Counted from the first letter of the stretch, positions 21,990 through 32,352 are shown. The stretch is 64,000 bases of DNA from an uncultured Planctomycetota bacterium (GCA_963849325.1 CAWKHF010000005.1:928001-992000), one strand, 5' to 3'. Notes: generated by a model not told the origin, from the sequence alone. Made by a program: numbers and translations.

Positions 21990-22201
21990 TCGTCCTTACC
22001 GTAACGGTCGAGTAGCGCCACCGACTCCTCCCGCAACCAATCCATCTCCGCCGCGTCCCACGGACTGTCATCATAGCCCCCCTCGGCGAGGCGGTCGTAC
22101 ACGTCGGGCCGCAGCAGCACGTATTCTCGATCGTCCTCCTGAATCCGCACGGCCTTCCCCTGGTCGATGGATTGACGCTGTTCTTCGGTGAGTTCGATCA
22201 T
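21986..22201 (-). CDS. Putative cognate antitoxin (small acidic protein)
   Basis: 71 aa, AAGGAG RBS, ATGA overlap with the PemK toxin. Confidence 0.7.
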   Translation of the reverse strand: MIELTEEQRQSIDQGKAVRIQEDDREYVLLRPDVYDRLAEGGYDDSPWDAAEMDWLREESVALLDRYGKDE

Positions 22202-22279
22202 GGCTGTCTCCTTTGCGGGCATCTTACCAAGGGGACACCGCTGCGGACAAGTAGGTGCTAGCGCCTTTTCGAGCGCGTC

Positions 22280-23980
22280 TCACCAGCACCGCCGGGCCGC
22301 CTCCAGCATGGCGGCGGCTTCTTGCCGCGTCGTCTCGCCGCGTGCCTCGCCGCGCAACATGCTGGCCAATTCTTCCAGCCGCTCCGGCTCCGGCAGCAGC
22401 TGAATCTGCGTGACGCGTGCGTTTGCCGCGGCGCGACTTGCGGATGGTCCAGTGATGGCGGGCGTAGCTGGCCACCTGCGGCAGATGCGTCACGCAAATG
22501 ACCTGATGCGTCTGGCCCAGAGCGGCTAGCTTTTGTCCGAGCACGTCGCCGAGCCGGCCGCCGACGTTGGCGTCGATCTCGTCGAAGACCAGCGTGCCGC
22601 GGCGATCGTGTCCGGCCAGCACCGTCTTGAGGGCGAGCATGGTGCGCGATAGCTCGCCGCCGGACGCCACCTTGCGCAGCGGCAGGGCCGGCTCGCCGGG
22701 GTTGGCCGCCAGCGTCAGCTCCAACTGATCGGCGCCCCAGGCGGGAACGTCGGATTGAGCCGGATCGTCGCCCAGCGGGATCGTCTCCAGCACGGCCTCC
22801 AGCTTGGCCCCGACCATGCCGAGGTCGGCGAACTGCTTCTGCGTCTCCTTCGCCAGACGGTCGGCGACGCGCTGTCGCTGCTTGCTCAGCTCGGCGGCGG
22901 CTTCGCGGAGCTGTCGATATGCCTCCGCCAGCTCGGCGTCGATGCTCTCCAGGTCGTCTTCCTGTTGCCGTAGCCGCGTTTCCTGCTCGTCCAGGCTGAT
23001 GCGGTAGACGATCAGGTCATCCACGGAGCGGCGATACTTGCTCTCCAGCCGGCGGAGGAACTGCAAGCGGCGCTCGACCTCCTCGAGCCGTTCCGGGTCG
23101 GCCTCCCAGCGCTGACCGAGCTGGCGCAGCACCTGGGCCAGATCCTGCACCTCGGACGTGCAGCGCCTCCAGCCGCCGCACCACTTCTTCCAGACTCGGA
23201 TCGAGCGCCGCCCACGACTGCGCCTCGCGCTGCAGCTTGCCGAGCCGTTCGACGACCGAACCGTCCTCGTCGTACAGCTCGCCACAGCCCAGCGTGGCGA
23301 AGGTTTGCAAGTTCTGGGCGTGGGCCAGCCGTTCGCGCTCGCGCGTCAGCTCGGCGACCTCGCCCGGCTCAAGGCTGGCCTGATCCAGCTCCTCGCGCTC
23401 GAAGCGCAGCAGGGCCAGCTCGCGCTGGCGCTGCTGGCGCTCGGCCGACAGCGTGTGGTGACGGCGGCGCAGCTCGCGCACGCGCTCCGCCAGGGTCAGG
23501 TACTTGCGCCGCGGCCCTTCGAGATGGCCATAAGCGTCGAGCAATTGCAGTTGGTAGGCGGGCTGCAACAGCGATTCCGTTTCGCGCTGGCCGTGGATAT
23601 CGACCAGCAGGTTGCCGATCTGCTTGAGGGTGGCGAGGACGACCGGCTGATCGTTGGCGTAGGCGTGGCTGCGGCCATTGCCGTGCAGCCGCCGCGCCAG
23701 GATGATCTCGTCCTCGTCGAGCGCTGCCTCCGAGGATGCCCTCGATCTCGCGGCGCGTCTCGGCGGAAGTCAGCTCGAACCGCCCGGTGACGCGCAACTC
23801 GTCGGCGCCGGCGCGGAGCAGGTCGGCCGAGCCGCGTTCGCCGAGCAGCAGGCCGAGAGCGCCGAGCAAGAGCGATTTGCCGGCCCCGGTCTCGCCGGTC
23901 CAGGCGCAGAAGCCCGGCTGCAGCTCGACGCGCACGTCCTCGATCAGCGCCAGGTTCTGCACGGATAATTCGCGCAGCAT
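22280..23980 (-). CDS. recN: DNA repair protein RecN; frameshifted
   Basis: MLRELSVQNLALI, TGETGAGKS, DIHGQ, NPGEP..PLRKVASGGELSR, FDEIDANVGG, QVICVTHLPQVA; 4 frame segments, stop TGA at 22280. Confidence 0.95.
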
Positions 23981-23999
23981 CGTCGCTCATCTTATCGAG

Positions 24000-24141
24000 A
24001 AATAAACCACAGATGAACACAGATGAACACGGATCAATTCAAGAGAGGGAGAAAGCGCCGGCAAACGTGCCCCTCGACGGCCTTCCGCCTGCCTTTTTTT
24101 GCTTTTATCCGTGTTTATCTGTGTTCATCTGTGGTTTATTT
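24000..24141. repeat. Tandem-unit inverted repeat family D (ACACAGATGA-type 10-mers)
   Basis: Arms AAATAAACCACAGATGAACACAGATGAACACGGAT and ATCCGTGTTTATCTGTGTTCATCTGTGGTTTATTT; second copy at 58942. Confidence 0.9.
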
Positions 24142-24159
24142 TGTTTTATGATGGTCCCG

Positions 24160-25480
24160 ATGAGTCGCGTAGACGAACAGTATCGGCAAGCCTGCGAATA
24201 CCTGGCGGGAGGCGTCACCGCCTCGACGCGGCTCAACCGCGCTCTCGGCCACGCCATGCTCTTCGACCGGGCCGAGGGCTGCCGCATCTGGGACCTGGAC
24301 GGCCGCGAATACATCGACCTGTGTTGCAGCCACGGCGCGACGCTGCTGGGCCACGGCGACATGCGCGTGCGCCATGCCGTCGAGCGCGTGCTGGCGCGCG
24401 GCGCGGCCTGCTCCTACGAGAACGAGCTGCACACGCGAGCTTGGCCCGGCTGCTGTGCGAGACGATCCCCTGCTGCGAGCGCGTCCGCTTCACCGGCTCG
24501 GGCACCGAGGCGACGATGCACTGCCTGCGGCTGGCCCGCGCCTTCACGCGGCCGCACGCAAGCTGCTCAAGTTCGAGGGCAACTTCCACGGCTACCACGA
24601 TCAGGTGATGTACGCCATCGGCACGCCCGCCGACCGCCTCGGGCCCGAGGAGGCGCCGCCGCTCTACCCCGGCTCGACCGGCCTGCCCGCCGGGCTCGAC
24701 CAGAACCTCGTCGTCGTCCCGTACAACCGCCCGGACCTGCTGGAAGCGGCCTTCCGCCGGCACGGCCCGAGCTGGCCGCCGTCATCTGCGAGCCGATCTA
24801 CTACAACGCCGGCTGCATCGTGCCGACGCCGGAGTTCCTCGACGCGCTGCGCCGCCTGACGCGGGACCACGGCGTGCTGCTGATCTTCGACGAGGTGCTC
24901 AGCGCCTTCCGCATGGCGCCCGGCGGAGCGCAGGAATACCTCGGCGTCACGCCCGACCTGTGTACGCTGGGCAAGGCGGTCGGCGGCGGCTTTCCGCTGA
25001 GCGTCTTCGGCGGCCGCAAGGACATCATGGACCGGCTCATGCCGACGGGCGACTGCCAGCACAGCGGCACCTACAACGGCCATCCCGTCGCGGTCGCCGC
25101 CGGCCCTGGCCGCCGTGACCGCCTACCGTCAGCCGGGCTTCTACGACCACATCCACGCCGTCGCCGACCGGCTCTACGAGGGTCTCAACGAGCTCTTCGC
25201 GCGGCACGGCGTCGCCGGCCGTGTGCAGGGACTCGGGGCGCGCTTCGGCATCTACTTCGGCGTCGCCGAGCCGATACGGAACTACCGCGACGCCGTGCGC
25301 CATCAGCGCGAGCAGATGCTGCGTTTCATCGCCGCCGCGATCCAGCATGGCGTCTACTTCCACGACTACGGCGGCGCCGCTTGCCATCACGGCTTCTGCG
25401 CGGCGATGACGTTGGCGGATACCGAAGAGGTGCTGAACCGCCTTGACGACGCCGTGCGCGAAGTCCGCGATCCGTTGTGA
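24160..25480 (+). CDS. Class III aminotransferase (glutamate-1-semialdehyde aminomutase-like); frameshifted
   Basis: WDLDGREYID, SGTEATM, KFEGNFHG, LLIFDEV, PDL.TLGKAVGGG.P, SGTYNGHP. Confidence 0.85.
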
Positions 25481-25542
25481 GGAATCCCAAGTGGGGGCGG
25501 GTGCGCGAATCGTTTCTGGTAGTTTTGGTGTCGGGCGGTAGC

Positions 25543-25667
25543 CCCTCGTTCCCAAGCTCTGCTTGGGAACGCCCGGTTGCGAAGCTCTGCTTCGCGGCCA
25601 GACCCCTACGCGGACGGGAAGCAGAGCTTCCCGACGTGCGTTCCCAAGCAGAGCTTGGGAACGAGGG
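25543..25667. repeat. Nested-palindrome MITE-like element, family F
   Basis: CCCTCGTTCCCAAGCTCTGCTTGGGAACGC ... GCGTTCCCAAGCAGAGCTTGGGAACGAGGG, with two further internal GAAGC-NNN-GCTTC hairpins. Confidence 0.85.
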
Positions 25668-26054
25668 CGACGAGGGCGACTACCAGAATCCTGCACGCAC
25701 CCGTGGGGGCGGACGAGGCGGTTTTGTGCTTGTGCCGGGACATGGTAGCCTTCAGAATAGAGGCGTTCGTGGGACAACCGTGGGAGGCCGGCGAAGGCGC
25801 ATCGTGGCGTGAGGAAGGGCAAACTTCCGAACGGGGTCCGCGCGGGACCGCCACGAAGGAGGCCGCGAGACGCCCCGCCTCCGACGAATCAGCGGGGGGA
25901 CCGTGAAGGTCCAGCCACCACGAATGCGGCGAGGGCCACGACCGACCGCCCAAGCAAATGTAGGGAGGACGGCCTTGTCCCGCTCCTCGCCTAATGGCGA
26001 TCTACCAAGTGGTTTAACCAGCTAATCAGTTGTTCGGCGCGAAAGGAGGGGCGG

Positions 26055-26504
26055 ATGGGTCGTGCTACGCAGCTCGGGCCGATCATCTTCCTCTTGGTTG
26101 GAGCCGGGGTCGGCCTCAGCGTGGGCATGCTGACACACAACGAGCCCCCGTACCGAGTCCACCTTGACGACAGTGTGACGTGGATGTTCCTGGGCGGCTT
26201 CGCTGGGGTGCTAGTGGGGTGCGGGATCCCGGGGGCATGTGCTCGCTGGCCCCGGCTGGTCCGCCCCTTGGGGTTGGCCTCGACCGTCCTGCTCGGCGCG
26301 GCATTCGCAGCCCCGCTCGGCTGGATTGTCGGGACCGGAGTGGCGAGTGAGCGCCTACCGCGTGCGGAAGTGGAGGAGGACGTGCAGCACCTACCGCCGC
26401 TCGGGCTGGCCGTCGGAGCGGGTGTCGGAGCCACTATGGGCCTTGCGTTGGGCGTGATGCAACTGCTCTGGGACCAGAGGAAGCTGAACGCCGAACCCTT
26501 CTAA
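26055..26504 (+). CDS. Hypothetical 4-TM membrane protein, cassette-like
   Basis: AAGGAGG RBS; Gly-rich TM helices; bracketed by GTTCGGCG (26032) and CGCCGAAC (26489). Confidence 0.65.
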   Translation: MGRATQLGPIIFLLVGAGVGLSVGMLTHNEPPYRVHLDDSVTWMFLGGFAGVLVGCGIPGACARWPRLVRPLGLASTVLLGAAFAAPLGWIVGTGVASERLPRAEVEEDVQHLPPLGLAVGAGVGATMGLALGVMQLLWDQRKLNAEPF

Positions 26505-26862
26505 GGCTCTTGGTGTCAAGAGAAAATATTTTCCACGGGAACGGCAATCGGCGGCGTTTTTCTGGCCGGATTTCCGAACAGGGTAGCTGCGGCGGCGGAC
26601 ACAAGTCCTCGGCGATCCGGCTTGGATATCCACGGCGGACGCGGCACATGCACGTTCAACGGTCGAGGCGAACCCAACACTCCTGCGGACTCCGGCGGCC
26701 CAGACCCGAAGGACCAGGCGGCTGTGCCAGGGAACCTGCCCTGGCCGGTCCCGATATTCATGCGTTCCCAGCGTCGCCGCCATTCAAAAGCGCCGGTGTA
26801 AGCGGGTGAAGGAGATAGCGGCTGAGTGCTGTCTCCTTCAAGTGTGCTTCAAGAGCCTTCAT

Positions 26863-26955
26863 GAGTATCCATTCGCTGCAGTAGACCGGGACGTCATTCT
26901 GGTCTTTCGAGGTATTGCGGCTCTCCGGCCAGCTCGGCAGGTGAGTTCGTTCGGC
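26863..26955 (+). mobile_element. Degenerate attC site
   Basis: gagtATC-CATTC-GCTGCAG...GGCAGGTGAG-TTC-GTTCGGC follows the R''/L''/L'/R' layout with a decayed R'' box. Confidence 0.5.
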
Positions 26956-27023
26956 CATCCTTTCCTCTTTCCGCCGGCTATGGTATCCTCTCAGGAGAAA
27001 CGGATCATCCAGGAGGAACGGCC

Positions 27024-27246
27024 ATACCTGTCAGCATCGAGGCGTTGGGGATCGACCGGCTCAGTGTCCGGGAGCGGCTGGAATTGATCGAGCAGATCTG
27101 GGATAGTTTGCCCGAAGACGTGAATCCCGATGAGGTGCCGCCGTGGCACCTGGCAGAACTCGCCAAGCGGCGCAGAGGCCGACGCCTCTCCGGGAGTAGG
27201 CAAGCCGTGGCGCGAGTCCCTGGCGCGGTTCGGGAACGGATCATGA
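27024..27246 (+). pseudogene. Addiction-module antitoxin (TIGR02574-like), decayed
   Basis: LSVRERLELIEQIWDSL...HLAELAKRR; ATA instead of ATG 7 nt after AGGAGG; frameshift near 27175. Confidence 0.75.
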
Positions 27247-27464
27247 ATTTACCTGTGATCCTTCGGCCTTCGGCCGACGCTGACATCCAGGCGACCCACG
27301 ACGAACTGGAACAGTTGCAAGCCGGCCTGGGTATTCGTTTCGTAGCCCGCGTGCGGGAGGTGCTGGATCGCATCGAAGGGATGCCCATGCTGTACGGTCT
27401 GGTATGGCAGGATGTACGGGCGGCGCGGCTGCGGAGGCAACCGGCACTCGGTCGGTTGGGATGA
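27243..27464 (+). pseudogene. RelE/ParE family toxin, C-terminally truncated
   Basis: MNLPVILRPSADADI...GLG.RF...L.RI...P..Y......VR.A.L.R, then the similarity ends; the usual F-P-Y and H..R C-terminal part is missing. Confidence 0.75.
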
Positions 27465-27562
27465 GTTGATTCAACCGCTCAAACCCTCATCAATTATGCA
27501 CGGAGGCTTGATGATTCGGTGTAGAAGCCGATCATCGACGAGGTGCCGCGCCTTGAGAGGGG

Positions 27563-29110
27563 ATGAGCGGACCCGTGGGACAGGTGGGCTTTATGCGCAT
27601 CGCCATCGGCCAGCTGTGGCAGGAAACGAACACGTTCAACCCCATTCCCACGACGCGCGGCGATTTCGAGCACTTCGGCATCGTTCGCGGGCCGGAGTTG
27701 GTCGAACGGATGGCGGAGACGAACGAGCTGGGCGGCTTCATCCAGTCGCTGCGGCGCTGGCCGGAACAGCCGGAGATCGTCGGACTGGTGCGCCTGCCGG
27801 CCTGGCCGGCGGGCGCCGCCACTGCGGACACCTTCACCTGGCTGCGCCGGGAAATGGTCGATGCACTCCAGGAACAGGGGCCGGTGGACGCGGTCCTGCT
27901 CGCCCTGCACGGCGCCCTGGTGGCCGACGAGGCTCCCGATGTCGAGGGCGAAATATTGCATGCGGTGCGCCAGCGGATCGGCCCCAACGTGCCTCTGGTG
28001 GCGACTCTCGACCTGCACGCCAACGTCACCGAGCGCATGGTCGCCGCCGCCGACGCCCTCGTGCTGTATCACACGGCCCCGCACATTGATGTCTTCGAGA
28101 CCGGCCAGCGCGGTGCCGCCGTGCTGCGGCGTCTGCTCGTAGAGGGCGCTCGACCGATCGCGGCATTCCAGAAGTTGCCGCTCGTCGTCCCGGCCGAGCG
28201 CGCCAACACGCAGGAGCCGGCGAGTGTCAGTTATGGCTTGCGCGAACGGTTGCAAGAGCTGGAGCGCGATCCGCACATCCTCAGTGCCGGCCTGGCGACG
28301 GTGCAGTCCTGGCTCGACATTCCCGAGTTAGGATCTTCCGTCGTCGTTGTCACCGATGGCGACGGCGAGCGGGCGCGGAAGGCGTGTGCCGAAATCGCCG
28401 CGGAAGTTTGGCGGCGACGGCGCGAGTACCTGCCGGAACTGGTCTCCGTCGCCGACGCCGTCCGCACGGCCCACGAGAACGCGGACGGATTGGTGGTGCT
28501 CAGCGATAGCGCCGACGCCACCACCTCGGGCGCGCCGGGAGACAGCAATTGGTTGTTGCGCGAACTGCTCCAGTACGATTGGCCGCGTCCGGCCCTGGTG
28601 ACGTTCGTCGCTCCCGACGTCGTCGAAGCCGCCCGGCAGCACGGCGTCGGCAATGAATTGACCACCGCGCTGGGAGGCCGGCGCGATCGACGCTTCGCGC
28701 AGCCGATGACCGTCACGGCGCAAGTCCACCATCTCTTCGATGCGCGCTTTCTTCTGCACGGTCATCTCGCCCGCAACATGCCGATTGACATGGGGCCGTC
28801 TGTCGTCCTGCGCCACGGTCAGATCCACGTTGTCGTCACGACGCGCTCCGGGCCGCATTTCGCTCCGCAGTTGTTCCAGGCGGCGGGCATCGATCCCTTC
28901 GCGGCCGCCGTCCTCGTGGCGAAAAGCCCGTGCGGCTTTCGGGCCGCGTACCAGCAGCACGCGAAAAAGATCCTCGTGGTCCGCGCCCCCGGCTGCGCTC
29001 CGTCCGATTTCTGGAACTACGAGTATCGCCGCATCCCGCGCCCGCTATGGCCGTGGGACGAAATCGAGACGTGGGAGCCGGCGCCGCGGATCGTCTCTCG
29101 TAACGTTTAG
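27563..29110 (+). CDS. M81 family metallopeptidase (MlrC-like)
   Basis: QETNTF, LLALHGA, LDLHAN, PHID, DSAD...GA.GD. Confidence 0.9.
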   Translation: MSGPVGQVGFMRIAIGQLWQETNTFNPIPTTRGDFEHFGIVRGPELVERMAETNELGGFIQSLRRWPEQPEIVGLVRLPAWPAGAATADTFTWLRREMVDALQEQGPVDAVLLALHGALVADEAPDVEGEILHAVRQRIGPNVPLVATLDLHANVTERMVAAADALVLYHTAPHIDVFETGQRGAAVLRRLLVEGARPIAAFQKLPLVVPAERANTQEPASVSYGLRERLQELERDPHILSAGLATVQSWLDIPELGSSVVVVTDGDGERARKACAEIAAEVWRRRREYLPELVSVADAVRTAHENADGLVVLSDSADATTSGAPGDSNWLLRELLQYDWPRPALVTFVAPDVVEAARQHGVGNELTTALGGRRDRRFAQPMTVTAQVHHLFDARFLLHGHLARNMPIDMGPSVVLRHGQIHVVVTTRSGPHFAPQLFQAAGIDPFAAAVLVAKSPCGFRAAYQQHAKKILVVRAPGCAPSDFWNYEYRRIPRPLWPWDEIETWEPAPRIVSRNV

Positions 29111-29170
29111 CCGCGACGCGCAGCGGAGCGCGGGATACTCCCGCGCTCCGCTGCGCGTCGCGGCTAAACG
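29104..29170. repeat. Palindromic repeat family A
   Basis: 32-bp perfect stem with 3-nt loop between convergent genes; contains the TAG stop of the M81 gene. Confidence 0.9.
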
Positions 29171-29192
29171 ACAACGCCAAGGAGCGTGAAGT

Positions 29193-29789
29193 TTACTTCA
29201 GGCGCGAAACCAGTCCCTTCTTGATCCCCTCGCCGACGTTGTTCTTTCCCAAATAAATGTCCCACACCGCCCGCGAGAACTCCGGTTTATCGAGGAGGAT
29301 TTCGCCCTTGTTGACCACGTTGCAGCGCAAACCGACGCCGGGCAGGTGCGTCAAATAAATGTGGTCGCCCTTGGTCAAATCGAGATTGCGCATCAGTGCA
29401 CACAGACGCTCCACTTCTTCGGCGAAGGCTGGCTCCGGATAATTCTGGCGGATGGCGATGCGGAACGCCTCGGCCATGTCCTTGCCGTCCACGTCGCGCT
29501 CCAGGACCAGGTGTAACTGCTTGGGCTGATCGACCGCCGCCAACTCCTCGGCCGTGTGTACGCTGACGCCTTCGAGGAGATAGCTACCGATGGCGTAGAC
29601 GTTGAGAAACAGCTTCTCCCGCAGACCCACGCCGGTGAGCACGAGCTTGACCGGCCGATCGCCGATGGTGATGCCCATGGTCGTGGTGAAATGCGTGCTG
29701 CTGCCGCGCACGCCCACCAACTCCGTGGCCCCGACGCCCACCCCGACCAGCAACAGCATCGTCGCCGACATCCATCCAACTCGTCTCAT
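29193..29789 (-). CDS. Chalcone isomerase-like family protein
   Basis: Signal peptide; LTGVGLREK.F.NVYAI.SY...F.RAVWDIYLG. Confidence 0.8.
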   Translation of the reverse strand: MRRVGWMSATMLLLVGVGVGATELVGVRGSSTHFTTTMGITIGDRPVKLVLTGVGLREKLFLNVYAIGSYLLEGVSVHTAEELAAVDQPKQLHLVLERDVDGKDMAEAFRIAIRQNYPEPAFAEEVERLCALMRNLDLTKGDHIYLTHLPGVGLRCNVVNKGEILLDKPEFSRAVWDIYLGKNNVGEGIKKGLVSRLK

Positions 29790-29892
29790 GGCTTCTCCTC
29801 CGCGCCGCGGTCCCGAGCGAATCGAGACCGTCCGGGGCGAAGGGGATGCCTGAAACCTCCGTTTTTGTCAAGAGGTATCCATCCACGACGAG

Positions 29893-30408
29893 TCAGGGGA
29901 GCTGGACGCCGAACGTTTCGTTGAAGCGATTGGTCCAGTTGGCCAAGCCAACGGTGGCGGCGAGGACGACGAGCTGCGCGGGAGAAAGGCTTTTGGCGAG
30001 GGCGGCCACTACCTCGGTATCGACCTTGCCCTGCTGCGACCACTGCTCGGCGAAGCGAATGACTCGTTTCTCCAGGTCGCTGTAGGCGCTGCTCTGCTCG
30101 TAATCTTCGAGCGTTTGCACCTGCACGTCGGATACGCCGATCTTGCGGGCGGCGCTGGTATGATAGTGCAGGCAATACTTGCAATGATTGACCTGAGACG
30201 CCTTCAAATAGGCCAGCTCGCGCAGCTTGGGGTCGAGTTCGCCCTGGATCGCATGGTTCATGGCGAGCGTCGCTTGCAGCACCTCGGGAACGTGGGCCAG
30301 GGTGCGGAAGATGTTCGGCACCGTCTTGAACGCCGACAGGATCTTGTCGAAAACGGCCTGAACTTGTCGACTGGCTTGCTCGTCCTTGAGCGGCTGGATG
30401 CGTGGCAT
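29893..30408 (-). CDS. Carboxymuconolactone decarboxylase / AhpD-like peroxidase
   Basis: PNIFRTLAH.P, RELAYL..S..NHCKYCL.YH, N.TNRFN. Confidence 0.85.
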   Translation of the reverse strand: MPRIQPLKDEQASRQVQAVFDKILSAFKTVPNIFRTLAHVPEVLQATLAMNHAIQGELDPKLRELAYLKASQVNHCKYCLHYHTSAARKIGVSDVQVQTLEDYEQSSAYSDLEKRVIRFAEQWSQQGKVDTEVVAALAKSLSPAQLVVLAATVGLANWTNRFNETFGVQLP

Positions 30409-30614
30409 GGCGGACTTCTCCGGACTGGGGGAATGGATCGATCGACCCTTCCGCAAACGTCGTTGCGGAGGATGGAGCTATCTTATGGTTTTGGCGGAGA
30501 CATGGTTGCGGCCGAGCCGCCCATGAAGGATAATCCGGACAGACTCGACCGTCCCGATTTTTCCCGAATCGCCGGGCCGATTGTATTCTTTTTCGCTCTG
30601 ATTGGTCTGTTATT

Positions 30615-32247
30615 ATGACAGAGCTTCCGCGATCGAATGGACCGGACGCCGTGACGCTGGACCCGGAAGCGGCGGCGGCGCTGGACGCCGCCCTCGACGC
30701 CCTTCAGTCGGGCCGGCCCGTGGACCGTCAGGAACTGCTCGCCCGGCATCCGCAGCTCGGCGTCGCCCTGGCGGCCGTCGATCATCTCTTCGGCGACCCG
30801 ACCACCCTGCCCGACGGGCCACCGGCTCGGACGTGTACCGCGCCGGCGCAGCTCGGGCCGTATCGCGTCGAGCGCGAGCTGGGACAGGGCGGGTTCGGCA
30901 TCGTCTACCTGGGCTATGATCCCGATTTGAAACGACGGGTGGCGCTGAAGGTGCTGCACCCCGGCCGGCTCGATCAGCCCGAAGCCGTCCGTCGCTTCCA
31001 GCGCGAAGCGTGCGCCATCGCCCGCCTGGCCCATTCAGGGATCGTTCAACTCTTCGATTACAGCCGTCAAGGACCGCCGTACTACCTGGTCACGGAGTTC
31101 GTCGAGGGCGACGAGCCGCGCCTGTGGTGCCGGCGGCACGGCGCTGGAATCCGCGAGGCGGTCGATCTGGTCGCCCGCATCGCCGAGGCGGTCGAACACG
31201 CTCACGCCCAGGGAGTTTGTCACCGCGACCTCAAGCCGGGCAACATCCTGATCGACGCGGAAGGTCGGCCGCACGTCCTCGATTTCGGCCTGGCGCGCCT
31301 GGATTTCCTCACCGATTCCGGCAGCGCTCCCGACGTCGGACGGCCACATCCTCGGTTCGCTGGCGTACATGGCCCCCGAGCAGGCCGCCGGCCACAGCCA
31401 CGCCGCCGACGCTCGCAGCGACATCTACTCGCTCGGCGTCATCCTCTACGAGCTGCTGACCGGCCGACTGCCGTTCGACGGGCCGCCGCACGCTCTGCCG
31501 GCGCAGGTGGTCGAGGACAGTCCGCCCTCGCCGCGTCACCTGAACGCCGCCATCGCGCGCGACCTGGAAGCGATCTGCCTCAAGGCGCTGGCCAAGCGGC
31601 CCGAGGAGCGCTACGCCAGTGCCGCCGCTCTCGCCGCTGACTTGCACGCCTTCCTGGGTGGCGGGGCGGTCACGGCCAAACGGCTTACCTGGTTCCAACG
31701 CCTCAAGCACGGCCTGGGCGCTCGTCACCGCGACATTCTTTCCGAAGGTTGGCCGCGTCTGCTGCTGGCCGTCGGTCTGACCATTCTCGCCGGTTGCGCC
31801 CTGGCCAACTACTGGGAGCTTCACCTGGGGCCGGACGTCCGCTGGATGGCGATGCTGGCGACGAAAATCGCGCAGGTCGGCGTCATGCTCTACCTGGCCG
31901 TTCGCCTGCGCCCGGTGAAAGAGCGCGGCCTGACGGCGGTGGAACGGCAGATCTGGAACCTGGTGCCGGCGTATTACGGCGGCTTTCTCGCCCTGGTGAT
32001 CGTCAATCACTTCCTCGACAAGCCGCTGCCGTTGGCCCCGGTGCTCGCCGTGCTCAGCGGCATGGGCTTTGCCAGCCTCGGAGCGACGATCTGGGGCTGG
32101 TTCTACGTCTGGAGCCTGGCTTTCTTCGGGCTGGCCGTGTTCATGGTTGGTGTCCCGTTCGGGCTGACCTACGGCCTGACGCTGCTCGGCTGCGGCTGGT
32201 TTCTCTTGCTGGCGCTGGGCAGCGTTCAGCTGCACTATACGCGCTGA
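30615..32247 (+). CDS. Hanks-type Ser/Thr protein kinase with multi-TM C-terminus; one frameshift near 31330
   Basis: LGQGGFG.VY, VALK, HRDLKPGN, DFGLAR, then YMAPEQ and SDIYSLGV in the second frame; several TM helices follow. Confidence 0.9.
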
Positions 32248-32254
32248 GGTATCT

Positions 32255-32317
32255 CGTTTAGCCGCGACGCGCAGCGGAGCGCGGCAGACGCGCTCCGCTG
32301 CGCGTCGCGGCTAAACG
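32255..32317. repeat. Palindromic repeat family A
   Basis: CGTTTAGCCGCGACGCGCAGCGGAGCGCG ... CGCGCTCCGCTGCGCGTCGCGGCTAAACG between convergent genes. Confidence 0.9.
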
Positions 32318-32352
32318 GAGAGGAAATGGGACACCAGCACCGGACACGTGTA

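Noticed and set aside
24013-24159. N-terminal extension MNTDEHG...CLSVFICG on the aminotransferase (likewise 16645-16743 on the DUF1592 gene)
   Set aside because: Spurious translation of inverted-repeat elements; homology starts downstream
26510-26860. Short ORFs or an IS remnant inside the islet
   Set aside because: No recognisable domain, RBS or terminal repeats; left unannotated
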